Shown one piece after another: positions 51,741 through 64,000 of a DNA stretch of 64,000 bases. The position numbers and the translations under genes were made by a program. The number at the start of each line of letters is the position of its first letter. The first letter of the stretch is position 1. Source of the DNA: Camelus dromedarius (taxonomy: Eukaryota); NCBI RefSeq assembly GCF_036321535.1, contig NC_087436.1, forward strand, positions 84,136,001-84,200,000, given 5' to 3'. The notes beneath the pieces were generated by a model. That model worked only from the letters and a program-made list of their open reading frames with translations. It had not been told where the DNA came from and searched no databases.

Positions 51741-51768
51741 TATGTGTGTGTGTGTGCGTGTGTGTGTG
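51741..51768. repeat. (TG)n microsatellite
   Basis: tatgtgtgtgtgtgtgcgtgtgtgtgtg. Confidence 0.9.
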
Positions 51769-51784
51769 CAACACCAGCAAAACG

Positions 51785-52125
51785 GAAGGAGAGAAAGCAG
51801 GATTAGACAAAGGGAGAAATTGATTCATGATGATGACCCAGCAAAGGGTCAACCCCACTGGGAGATCCAGATCTGAAATGGTCCTGCAGAGTTGCCCTAA
51901 ATTGAAGTGAGGGGCTTGGGCCTTTGAACCCCTATGTTGATCCGTCACCAAATGTGGGATACCCCTGGAAAGAGGTCAACTTTAGGCAAGGCAGTTTTTA
52001 TCATTAGAAGCAGTCCCCAAAGAGGGCTGACAGCTGAGAGCTGTCTTCTAGCCACATTTCCAGCAGTAGGGGCAAGTCCTTCATTCTAGGCAGGTACCCA
52101 GGGGGTGCATTGCAGCATCCATACA
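51785..52125. mobile_element. LTR16-like ERVL LTR
   Basis: cctgcagagttgccctaaattgaag...cttgggcctttgaacccc...agagggctgacagctgag. Confidence 0.55.
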
Positions 52126-52334
52126 AGGTGCATTTTGAAACAGGAAGTTTTCATACACTGAATGTGGACAGGTAAACCACACCACAAGTGAGCTCCCTCC
52201 TTGTAGTTAAAGCCTGAGTTTTCATAGGAATGAGCAGAGCTTTTAGAGTTTGGGGCAAAGAGTTTTAAAGGAGATTCTTGGAGAAAGGCACATCCTTGTC
52301 AACATTTCTTATAGTCTCTTAGATAAGGGTCATG

Positions 52335-53620
52335 CTCATGTGTGTGAAGTGGTATCTTATTGTGGTTTTAATTTGCATTTTCCTAACAGGTAATGATGGT
52401 GAGCATCTTTTCATATGTTTGTTGGCCATTTGTGCATCTTCTTTGGAGAAATATTTATTCAAATCTTTTGCTCATTTTTAAATTGAGGTATTCATCTTTT
52501 TTGTTGTTGATTTGTAAGAATTCAATATATGTTTTAGACACAAGTTCCTTATCGGATATATAATTTGCAAATATTTTCTCCTGCTCTGTGTGTTTTCTTT
52601 TCACTTTATTGAAGGAATCCTTTGACTCATGAAAGTATTTAATTTTGAAGAAACCCAATTTATCTATTTTTCCTTTTGTCATTTGTGTTTTTGATGCCAT
52701 ATTTAAGAAAGCATTGCCAAATCTAAGGTCATGAAGATTTGCTTCTATTTTCTTCTAAGAGTTTCATAGTTTCAACTCTTACATTTAAGTCTGTGATAAA
52801 TTTTGAATTAATATTTGTATATAGTGTGATTTTGGGGTCCAACTTAGTTCTTTTGCATGTGGATATCCATTTGTCTCAGCACCATTTGTTGAAGACTCTT
52901 CTATTCCCACTGAATTATCTTGGCACTCTTGTTGAAAATTGGTTTGCCATAAACTTAAGGGTTTATTTTTGGACTCCCAATTCAATTCCATTGATCTATA
53001 AATCTACCCTTATGTTCATATTGCATTGTCTAGATAACTGTAGCTTTGTAATAAATTTTTAAATCAGTGAGTCCTTCAACTTTGTTCTTTTGCAAGGTTG
53101 TCTGGTTAGTCTGAGTTCCTTGAATTTCAATACCAATTTTAGGATCAGCATGTCAATTTCTACAAGAGAGTTAGGATGCTGATAGGGAATGCACTGAATC
53201 TGCAGATCAATTTGGGGAATATTGCCGTCTTAACGATATTAAATGTTCTGATCCATGACTATGGATGTCTTTCCATTTATTTAGTTCTTTAATTTCTTTC
53301 CACAATGTTTTTTATAATTTTTAGTATACAAGTCTTGCACCTTTTTTGTTAATTTATTCCTAGATATTTTATCCTTTCTGGGGTTATTGTAAATAGAACT
53401 GTTTTCTTAATTTCCTTTTTGAATTGTTCTTGAGAGTGTATTGAAATACAATTGATTTTTATATATTGATCACATGTCCTCCCACCTTGTTGAACTTGTT
53501 TATTAGTCCTGTGTGTGTGTCTGTGTGCACTGAAGTAATGAGAGTGGACATCCTTGTTCCTGATCTTTCAATGAAAGCACTCAGTCCTTCACCGTTAAAT
53601 ATGTTAGTGGTGTGGTTTCT
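52335..53620 (-). mobile_element. Older L1 ORF2 fragment (antisense)
   Basis: gtggtatcttattgtggttttaatttgcattt...tctttggagaaat...cagcaccatttgttgaagact. ORF2-like peptide KIFANYISDKELVS. Confidence 0.88.
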
Positions 53621-55629
53621 GTAGATACTTGAGTTATGTAGCTTCTGACTAAACAGAACAGAACACCCTGAGTAAACTCACTAAAACCATAAGGGATCTC
53701 ACTGTGTCACTGCAGTGTAGTCCAGAATTAGGGTGGGCTCCAGAACAAGGTGGATCAGCTTCTCAATGATGTCCTCAAGAACTCTGGCTCTTTCCACTCC
53801 TCCACTGTCATTGGCTTCATCCTAAGGTTGATTTTCCTAAGGATTGTAAGTTACCTGCCATAATCATCAGGGCTACAGTGCATCCTTGTTGAGGCTTATC
53901 TGGAGAAATACAGAGGTTGAGGGCAGGGGGAAGAGGGAAAGAAAATGTCCCTCCCAATCATAGGCCCTTTATCCTCTGGCTCAGTGTGATTGGGCTGAAT
54001 GCCCAGTCAGATTTCACATCCACCCCTCTGTCAGTAACAGTCATCAGGGGAAACAAGATGCCTCTCTTCTTCTCCCCAGTCCTCACTCCATTTAGTACAC
54101 TAAAGAACAGGAAATAAAGCCAGGAGGTCAGGGAGGACTGAAACTACCATTTTTTCTCCCGTTAAAATCCTATCAAGTGTTGTGGTAGTGGAACCATTCT
54201 ATGTCTTGATTGTGGTAGTGGTTACATGAATCTACATGTGATAAAATTGCATAGAACTACACATACATACCCAAGAATGTGGTATAACTGATAAAATCTA
54301 AATTAGCTCTGTGGTTTGTACCAATATCGATTTCATAGTTTTGATAAAATATTAGCATCATGTTAGATGAAAACACTAGGGGAGGAAAGAGGAAGCGTGC
54401 ATAGGACTTTCCTATTCAATTTTTTTGTAACTTCCTGTGAATCTATAACTTTAAATAAAAATTCTATAAAGTGGATTCATATTGGAGTTTTAGACAGTGA
54501 TCAGCAGTATGGAAGAGAGATCCATGGCAGAGCTAAGAATAGTAGGGAAGACTTTTTTATACACAGTATCAGGTGGCTTGTCTCAAATGACTCATTAAAA
54601 ACATCTATACACAGTAAAGTGCAAAGATCTAGTGTAGAGCTTGAATTTATACACACACACTCTTTACCACCTGAAGGATGCCACCTGAAGGTATCCATCA
54701 TTCTGACTGCTATCACATAGGTTAATTTCATTGAATAGCCCATTTTTATTTATATTCACTAGCACTCTCAGTGCTAGCCTGCGAAAGAAAAAGAAAACAA
54801 CCTATTGAGACTGCTGTTTGTGAAAACTCTGGTTAAAAAAACAAAGAAACCAAGGAAGAAATCAACCTAAGAAGTGGCACTCTTTCTTGAAGAAATCAGG
54901 ACCTTCTTGCTTTGGAAGACCTGCTTTCAATCAGGCTGAGCTAATGGTGAAGCAGCTCGGACATCCCCGGCCCTGCACACCAGGTTTTCACATGCAGTAT
55001 TGGATTCCACTGCTTCCCACTGCTGGCTGGTGCCCACAATCTCTGTGCCACATTGAATTTACCACTCCACTAATTTTGGTTTTTAATGTACCAGTGTCAA
55101 AGACTGATTGTACAGCTTCCTCAATCAGTGGGAAAGGTGGTACATGAGGGTGTTGGGGATGTCCTGGGAACCATTAGGAATGAGACACCAGGTTAAAGGT
55201 TCAGGAGGATGCAGGTGGTACCTCAGTGAGCACAGCAAGGCCCTCTGATCCTTTGGTATCCTCCTCACAGCTGCAGAGTTACAGAGCATCTTGTCTGGGG
55301 CCGGAAATGTCTGCTTTTCCCAGTGTTTTGGAACATGGAAGAAAGCTTAATTAGTAACACAGTTGCTGAAGCTGTATTTATTTAAGCTGACTGGGGCTTT
55401 CCTCTGTCAGTGGCAGGTGATTGGATGTTACCCTTGGGAATGAGGTCAAGATTCTCATTCTTGAATAAATATTTTAAATCCAAAGAGGCAGAAATGATGC
55501 CAATGGGAATTATCCAATTTTTAAACTTCCTGCAGCTCGCTCATTCACAGGTGCACTTGACTGTACACAGGATCTGAAGCCAAGAAACACCAGGCAGGGC
55601 TGCTTTATTCCCCAAGGGGAAAGGCAACT

Positions 55630-56052
55630 GTCAGAGCCAAGGGTCCTGAGGTTTGGATTGTGCTCCATCTTTGCTGGGTGACAGGCACCTACAACTTACA
55701 TCATTCAGGGTTGATGCTCAGGGCTTAACATCACCAGGAGATCAAAAGAAGACGGAGGGAGGGAGAAGTTACAGAGCTCAGAGAGAGCAGCTGAGAAGAG
55801 GGACTGAGCACTGAGTCATTCACTAGAGGACAACAGCTAATTCGAAGCCCAGCAGGAAGGGAGCCAGGGGAATAAATACCCCAACTCTTCTCTCCTTCCT
55901 GTATCTTCTGCTGTTGCCTCCCATTTTCCTAACTCAACTCAAAGACAGAGGACCAGGGATCCTTGTTGGTACAGTTCATACAGCTCATCCTACCGAAGTA
56001 CAGAGTGGGGCAGAAAGTGGATCTGGTGGGAAAGAATGGAAAATACCAGCAC
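55630..56052. mobile_element. Old ERVL LTR (LTR41-like)
   Basis: gggcagaaagtggatctgg...aaataccagcaCA end. Confidence 0.45.
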
Positions 56053-58709
56053 AATACTCTTTCATTATCACTGAAGGGTTGGTCGCCAGGGGAGCAGTGT
56101 CTGCCCAAGGAGGGGGACTTTCTACCCACTGGGCAAAAGGAAATGAAGAAAAAAGTAAATATCAGTGGTACTTCTTGAGAATGTCAACCCAGGCTCCCAC
56201 ATATGGTCAAAGTGGTTTAACCTCCCATTTTATTTTCTATCTTTGCACCCCCTGGGCCCTCCCACTGCTCATCACACAGTGGCCCTGCAAGCAGGTTTAA
56301 CAAAACAATTCTATTCTATTTCTGGTGCTTACTAGGATGCCACTGGTCATCAGCACCGTTGTCCAGCCCACGTGTCTCTTTGTGAGGGCCAGTGTAGACT
56401 TCAGCTGGAAGTCTGTCTCAGAGAGGCTTTTAAATTAATACAGGCAACAATGACAAAGACAGTAAGAACACGTGATAAAACCCACACACGTACAGTCATC
56501 GAACACATGAGCAGTCCAGAAAGTGTTTACATTCGGTGGAAACAAAAGGATGGGGTCACTTTTAGCCAGGTAGTGAGAGATGAGGGTATCATGGCGGTTG
56601 TTACCTGAAAATTTCTCTCCAGCCCTCAATCAGAGAAGTGAACTTACCTCCCCTTGAAGCAATTGCAGGTGCTTGAAACCTCGGAGAAGAAAGTGTCATG
56701 AATACAATGTAATCACCCATGACCAGCCCCACGTTCCGGGTTCACATGAAAGGTAGCTGAAAAAAAAAAAAAAAGAAAGAAAAAAAGAGTCACGGACAGA
56801 TTCTGACTTCATTTAAAATTTTGACAATTTGTTCATCATGGATTCTTTTCTGTAATTTTGATTTGCTAGCATATTACATTATTATATTATTCATCCTGAT
56901 CGCTGGGTTTTTTGACACTCCTTACTTGCCTTACCTTAATCCTGCCCCTACAAGGGCCTTGCTTTATAAAACCTTCTAGTGAAGGTTCTCTGGAAGGTTC
57001 ACCTACTGCATTGTGAATAGGAATCAGTTTTTAGAAATTTTTCATGTAACTTTTCAGGAACCCAGCTAGTTTATAACAAAAAGGCACACCTCTCCTTTAT
57101 GTTCTTTCTTGGTGTTTTAAAGCCTGTAGATGCAACCAAGAGCCTCCAATAACATAGGGTTGGGTCTGCAACTCCAAGGCTACCATCGCTTCTCGCCCAG
57201 CTCCCAAACTCCCTCCCAGCCATTGGGATTTCTTCATTCTGAAGAGTACTTTGTTTAACCCTGAGTGAAAATTAAATTCCAGTTATGTAAAAACAAAACT
57301 TATTTTAAGTCTCTCTGTTTAACTTTCATCCCAGCCTTTGGTATTTACTCAAATTGCTTTTATAGCAAACTGGTCTGACAGAAACTGATACTGCAGGAAG
57401 CTGGAGCCCAAAACAAACAACCGTATTAAAAAAAAAAAAAATAGCACCTAGGTCTAGCCCCTGAAGAGTTGAACAGGCTCCTAGCAAGTAAAACCCAGTT
57501 CTTTGCAGTAAACCAGCCCTCCCTCCCCATTCTTATTACTAAAAGTCAAACCCTAGCAGTCAGCCCCTGACCATGCCCCTCCCCATGGCTTTCCACTGTA
57601 ATGGTCTCTCCTACTTCAGTGCCAAACCCAGGGCTCCAGAGATGCCAGATTTCATTCTATGCTCCTTCTCCTTGGTGGCCTGAGTGTGAGCAGGGGCTTC
57701 ACACTCACGGGGCAGAACAGAATGGTTAGGATGCCAGTTCGCCCCTTGGCTACTTGGGTGTTTGACGGAGGTGCGCTGGATTCTATTAAGCAACAGATTA
57801 GTAGGTAAGGCAGCAGGGAAAAAGACGATACCATAATTTGTACTTGCACTTTCTTAAAAGAAACAAAAACAAAGCTCAGCTTCTGCTCAGAGATCTCAAG
57901 ACTTGCCTGGATTCTCAACCAAGGGTTAACAATGTTCAAGCCCATCCAGTCCTTCCAGTATCCCCTTTCTGCCCATAGCTCTCAGATTGTTTGATATGCT
58001 GGTGTTGTCAGCAAGGCCCTGGTACGGAGGACTCTGCTGGATCACGTCAGAGTGTATTCCCCCAAACGGCCAGGATTTGGCCTCTAGCCCCTGGTGTGCA
58101 TCCTGGGCCTCTGGCATTTTCCATCCTATATCTCCCAGAACCCAATCTGGTTTGAGATACCATAGGGGTGACCTTTGAATCTGGCTGCACATTGGGTCTG
58201 GAACATACCATCCAGATGCAAAATCAGCCTGAGAGGTCAAGCTGCCTGGGGTTAGTTGACAAGGCACCAAACTGGCTATTCTTCCCAAGGCAGAGCACAC
58301 TGCACCCCTGGAGGCCAGGAGTTGAGTACCGCGTTGTAGGCTGACCTGTCAGATTAACAGCTGCAAGTCGAGGGTACAAGGAGCCTCCTCTGTACTTCCT
58401 CTAAGTCAGCTGCAGGCTTTGTGTATGGGTCTTGTCATGTACAAAACTGTTCAAATGGTAAGGTTATAGGGTGTTCTTGCCCCTCCTGCTAATGCAGGAG
58501 CTTAGCCCCCTGAGAAGTCCTCCAAACTCCTCTTCTTAAATAATTCTGAATGCCCACAGGGAGTTTCTCTTGGGTCCGTATGATTAAATCAGGTTAACTA
58601 CAGTGTTATGTCCCTGGACTCTGCCGCCAGCATCCTGTGCTGCAGGGCAAAGCAGGAGAGCACCTCGGCCCCTCTTAAATATCTTACTCTGTTATCAGTG
58701 TGTAAGAGT

Positions 58710-59200
58710 CATGGAGTAAGCCAGCAAATGTCCCCCAAAAGATACCCACATCAAACGCCTGGAATCTGTGAATGTTCTCTTACTGGGAAAAAAAGTCTTT
58801 GCAGATGTGATTAAATTAAGGATCTTGAGAGGAGGTCCTAGGGGCCCTAAGTGCAACCATATGTGTCCTATCCTGCACTGTCCTAGTGGCCCTAAGTGCA
58901 ACCATACGTGTCCTGATAACATAGACACACAGAGGAGAAGAGACAGATATACAGAGGAGAAGGTAACATGAAGACAGATTGGGAATGATGAGGCCACAAG
59001 CCCAGAGATGCCAGGGCAGCCATCAGAAGATGAAAGGCGCAAGGAATGGATTGTCCCCTAGGGCCTCGAGGGGAGCGCAGTCCTGCTGACATCTTGACTT
59101 CAGACTTCTGGCCTTCAGGAAGGTGACATGATAAAGTTCTGTTGTGTTAATCTAACCACGAATGGTGATTTTGTAAAGCAGCCTCAGGAAGCAAATACAA
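58710..59200 (+). mobile_element. MLT1-type MaLR LTR
   Basis: gtctttgcagatgtgattaaattaaggatcttgaga...gacttcagacttctggcctt...gcagcctcaggaagcaaataca. Confidence 0.82.
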
Positions 59201-60351
59201 ACAGTGTTGCCTGTTTTCTTTTACTGCCTCACAGAGGTTTTCTGTTCTCCTTCTAACTGGGTGAGTCCTCTGTAACCCATGGCTCTTTCAGCGAGTGCTC
59301 CCAGAGCACCCAGACACGAACATACGGGGATCCTGGGCTGAGACACCAAGCCATGTGGCAGCCACAAAACTTGGCTTGAGATCGCAAGTCTCTTCTGCAC
59401 AAATTTTTTCTGTCTGTTTCCCTCTTCCTTTAGGAGGCATTCTCTCCAAGGGGTTCCTCAGCCCCTCATGGAAGTCATGGAAACGTCAGATGAACCACCC
59501 CATCAACTCACGTGGATGGCATGGAAGATCTTGATGATGGCGGGAGACTGAACTCACATGAAATCACATGGACCCACAGGCCTGCATACTCACAATGCAC
59601 AAAACCTGTCTGCCAGGGTTCCTAACACATTCAAATGCACACGGAGAGCAGGAGAACTTTTCTTCTTAGAGGGCATGAAATGAAGTCTCATTACAAACTG
59701 TATCCCCATTGCCCTTCAGCTTCCTGAAATGGTCCTCACTGACTAAATCATTCTCCTCAACTTCAACCAGATGCTGAAGACTCAGTGAAAAATCTTTTTT
59801 TTGTTGACAATTTGTATTGTAATATGTTCTTCACCTGGAGAACCAGTTATCTCAGAGTGCAGGAATTTTTAAATAAAGGTGCCCTGAGTCAGAGTTTATG
59901 ATAATGCACTTTTGGGTGCTGTAGAAAATTCCTAAATGAAAGATTGTAGTTAACACATGTGTTTGCACTGGGCAACGTGACCACTGTAAATTTACTCTTA
60001 AAAATAATTTTTAAAATACTATAAAAAAAAAGTTAATTTTTGAATAGGTAATACATTCAAATAATTCAATAGTAAAAATTATAAAATGGTGTAATGTGAA
60101 AATTTCCTCCCCTTTCTGTCCTCCACTCAGTCTCTCTCCCTATAGTATAGTTTGTTCATAGGAAACAGAGAGACAGTTTTTTTTTCCCATTGTACCTTCA
60201 GAGATGTTTTCTGTACAAATGTTGGCATCCTATGCATACCTTAAAAATTTTTAATTGAAGTATAACATAAAAAATTGTGTACACCTCAATTAATTTTCAG
60301 TCCCGGGACATATTTATGCCACTGGTACTGAGATCAAAAGATACATGTATA

Positions 60352-60768
60352 TGTAGAATGAAATATTGCCATCTGCAGCAACGTGGATAAACCTAGAAAG
60401 TATCATACTAATTGAAGTAAGTCAGGCAGAGAAAGAGAAATATATCACTTATATGTGGAATCTAAAAAATAATGCAAATGAATCTATATACAAAACAGAA
60501 ACATTCACAGACATGGAAAACAAACTTACAGTTACCAAAGGGGGAAGAGGCAGAGGAATAAATTAGAAATATGAGATTAACAGATGCCAACTACTATACG
60601 TAAAATAGATAAAAAACAAGGATTTGTTGGATAACACAGGGAACTATATTTAATATCTTGTAATAACCTATAATGGAAAGTAATCTGAAATATATATATT
60701 TCAGATTTTGCTGTACATCTGAAACTAACACAATATTGTAAATAAACTATACTTCAATTTAAAAAAAC
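60352..60768 (+). mobile_element. L1 3' end inside an older antisense L1
   Basis: gccatctgcagcaacgtggataaacctaga...actatacttcaatttaaaaa. Confidence 0.85.
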
Positions 60769-61143
60769 AGAAATATCATTACCTAAGCCCCAGGGCTCTC
60801 CTCAATGTCCCTTCCAGTTACCACATCCCTCAAGAGTCTCCACTGTACTGATTTTAACAGCATATTTTTGCTATCTTTATACTTTATAAAAATGGGGCAA
60901 CCTTGGCTTTTAAAAGAGTAGTTTACTTTCACAGACCGTATACCTTATGTAAATGGAATTATTCCATAAGACTGTATCTGGTTTTCCTCTCAACATTATG
61001 TTTGTGAGATTCTTCCATGTGGACAGACGTAGTTGTAATGTATTCATTCTCATTGTTGCTTAATATTCCAATGATATACACACTGTTTTTGCAACTTGTT
61101 TCTGTTTTGCTTTGTTTTACAATGTATCTTGGAGAAATTTTTG

Positions 61144-61260
61144 CTTTATGTATTTTGGGGGTTTTTTTGCAATTTTTTTTAATGGAGGTTTTGGGATTTG
61201 AACCCAGGACCTCTTCCATGCTCAGTATGCGCTCTACCACTGAACTCTACCCACCTCATC
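61144..61260 (-). mobile_element. tRNA-derived SINE (Vic-1-like)
   Basis: Perfect 16-bp TSD cttggagaaatttttg at 61128-61143 and 61261-61276. Confidence 0.88.
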
Positions 61261-63269
61261 CTTGGAGAAATTTTTGTATCTGTATATTGAGTGTCCTTAT
61301 ACTTTCTTTGTGTTAGTATTAGTATTCCACTATGTGAACAACTTCTTTTACTTGTCCCCTAAGATGGACATTTAGCAACAATATTTAAAACTAATGCTTC
61401 TAATCAAAGGACTAATTTCATGGAACTTACACTACATCAGTAAAATATTTTCTAATGAAAAAATTATTTTTTAAAGATATCTTCTTTTTAAAATATATAT
61501 TTACTTACAATAATGAATTTGTTTTACAGAGAAACCAGATTTAGTAAACTTCCAAATGCCCCACCGGACAGGCTGGGAGAGCAGAGAAGAGGGTGAATGA
61601 CCCCTGTGATCTGGGGGAAGAGTGGGTGGAGGGGGTGGTGCAGAGCCTGGAAAAACAAGTTAGTCCTTCTGATCCCACGACTGAACTATTATCCTGGACC
61701 AATTCCAAGGCCATTTGCCCTGCCTGCCAAGACTAATGGTTTTCAAGTTTCTGTCACTGAAAACTAGGAATAGAGAAATTTCTTTAAGCTACCTCCCGCT
61801 AATGAAGAAAAATTGAAATTCTTCTTCTGTAGTTGAGCCATAAACATTTCAGCGAGAACATGAAGTATAATTATCCTGGGTAACGTTGATAACATAGACT
61901 AATCCTTTGATGCTGGTGTGGGAAACTGAGTAATTTAATAGTGAGCTCATGCTTTAAGCGCAAAGGATGAATGTGGAATGAAATGTTCATGCCTGAATTT
62001 AGTTGTCAGTTGCTCTCAAAGTACTTGCTCTTCAAATTCATTAACAATGTGTTTTAAATTTTTTCTTGAAATTACACATTCACAGCTTGATTAAAATTAA
62101 CTAAGTACTTCTCACCTACTATGTCTTTTATACATAAAAATAAGTCCTTAGTTCCAATACTCTTTGATCCTCTTTCCAGTTCATAGAAAAATGGTTTGTG
62201 ATTTGATGTTTTTTTAATCAAATAAGAATGGATTTATAAAATACACTTTCACTCTCCCTTTGATAGAATATAGAAACATGAAAAGAAAAATCTTCCATTC
62301 CTGTGTCATCATGACTCCTCCTTAATCATCATCCATACATTTGTTTGGAGAAACTTATGATGTAGCAAATGGCTGAGACCCAGGCTTCCGACTTTAAGAG
62401 AATTCCTGGGTTTGGGTAAATCCTCAATTCCATCCTTCAAATTATGGGGATCAAATTATCCTAGCCCTGTCAGATTCAGAGCTGCTCTGCATGTTTTGAA
62501 AGTTGAGCTGTGATTTTTTTTATCCACTTATGTAAACCCAGTGAGTCTCCACAAGTAACAGAAATCCAGTTAACTAAAATGTTAGTCCTATAATGAGGCT
62601 AAGTAAAATGCTATGTGAAAGCAATCATCGAATTTTCACCATCCTTTAGATTGTTTGACTATTTCCAATTCTGAAATACTAAGTCTCTTTTTGTTGAGGT
62701 TTTCATCTCTTCCTAAGAGTGGTGCAAATCACATCAATGAGATGTGAATTTTTGGTTGTAAACTCATCTTCAGCCAAAATTGTTTTTGCTGTGAATTTCT
62801 CATGAGCCCTGGATAGTAGAATTATCTTTACTGAGAGGTTTCTTTTTTGATTTTGCAAGACCCTGGAGAGTTTAGATGGTCATGAGCAGTTTTTAGATTA
62901 ATTTATTACCTTATATGCCTAGAGTTCCTGCAGCACATAGGTAGTGTAAAGCCCAGAATTGGGGCTTTGATTTCTCACCAGTGATGTGTACTTTTAATAC
63001 TCAAAGTCTTGGACAGAAGGCAAGCTGCCATATCTACTTCCCCAGGCCAGTGGGAAGAGTTTTCTGGCTCATGGTTTATGGACAGGGCAGTTCTTTAATG
63101 TTCCAAGATTTATTCAGAGGCTAAATTCCAGTTCTCCTATTCCACCTGGGCAAAAGTCATCATATTTTCTGTCCCCAGCCTAGTTTTTAGAGTTCATAAT
63201 TGAGCCTGAAATCCATCCAAATTTTGGATGGAAAGCAAGTAATAAGAAATAGTAAACTCAACAGAAACA

Positions 63270-64000
63270 AAGCAATCCTCTGATGGAGATACACAAATGG
63301 CTAATAGGCACATGAAAAAATGTTCAGTATTGCTAATAATCAGAGAAATGCAAATCAAAACTACAATGAGGTATCACTTCACACCAGTCAGAATGGCCAT
63401 CATTCAAGAGTCCACAAATGATAAATTGCTGGAGAGGGTATGGAGAAAGGGGAACCCTCCTACACTGTTGGTGGGAATGTAGTTTGGTGGAGTCATTATG
63501 GAAAACAGTATGGAGATTCCTCAAAAGACTAAAAATAGACTTATCATATGATCCAGCAATCCCACTGCTGGGCATATATTCAGAGAAAATCTTAATTCAA
63601 AAAGATACAGGCACCTCAGTGTTCATAGCAGCACTATTTACAATAGCCAAGACATGGAAACAACCTAAATATCCATCGACAGATGACTGGATAAAGAGGT
63701 TGTGGTATATTTATACAATGGAATAGTACCCAGCCATAAAAAAGAATAAAATAATATCATTTGCAGCAACATGGATGGACCTGGAGATTGTCATTCTAAG
63801 TGAAGTAAGCCAGAGAGAGAAGAAAAATACCATATGACATTACCCATATATGGAATCTAGAAAAACACACATGCACACAAATAAACTTATTTACAAAAGA
63901 GAAACAAACTCACAGACATAGGAAACAAACTTATGGTGACCGAGGGGAAGGGGTGGGAAGTGATAAATAGAGAGTTCGAGATTTGCAGATACTAATATAT
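63270..64000 (+). mobile_element. L1 ORF2 C-terminus plus 3'UTR, running off the window
   Basis: Peptides MANRHMKKCS...[20 protein letters not shown] and [11 protein letters not shown]. Same family as the L1 at 24792-26202. Confidence 0.93.

Noticed and set aside
55914..56629. Several overlapping 64-128 aa ORFs
   Set aside because: Partly within an old LTR, with no recognisable protein family or supported exon structure.
57611..58300. Cluster of ORFs with faint retroviral pol-like words (FGGIHSD, DPAES)
   Set aside because: The motifs fall in different frames and I could not build a coherent RT, RNase H or integrase alignment. A tBLASTn or Dfam search would be needed.
1..64000. CRISPR arrays, operons, defence systems or another novel multi-gene system
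   Set aside because: The sequence is mammalian and repeat-rich. I saw no regularly spaced repeat-spacer array and no long intact ORFs.

Overview
Mammalian (eutherian) genomic DNA, probably a camelid: it carries seven tRNA-Ala-like Vic-1-type SINEs and I saw no Alu, B1, BovB/Bov-tA or PRE-1. I can support one protein-coding gene, a complete 4-exon SPINK2 (Kazal-type serine protease/acrosin inhibitor) on the + strand. Its CDS is join(22586-22643, 23484-23527, 29545-29654, 30413-30458), 85 aa: [85 protein letters not shown]. It has a CpG-island promoter and AATAAA at 30703. The rest is intronic or intergenic sequence dense with interspersed repeats: L1, L2, MIR, solo ERV/MaLR LTRs, hAT/Tigger fossils and SINEs. 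Nearly all ORFs in the supplied track are spurious or L1/L2 fragments. I found no evidence of a new multi-gene biological system. The most unusual observations are small-scale: a templated insertion with a palindromic junction copied from 1.7 kb away, two fold-back inverted duplications, young retro-insertions with clean target-site duplications (TSDs), sense-oriented solo LTRs upstream of SPINK2, CTCF-like motifs flanking the gene, and possible alternative start/splice features. Repeat family names come from recalled consensus sequences, and repeat boundaries are approximate unless a TSD is given.
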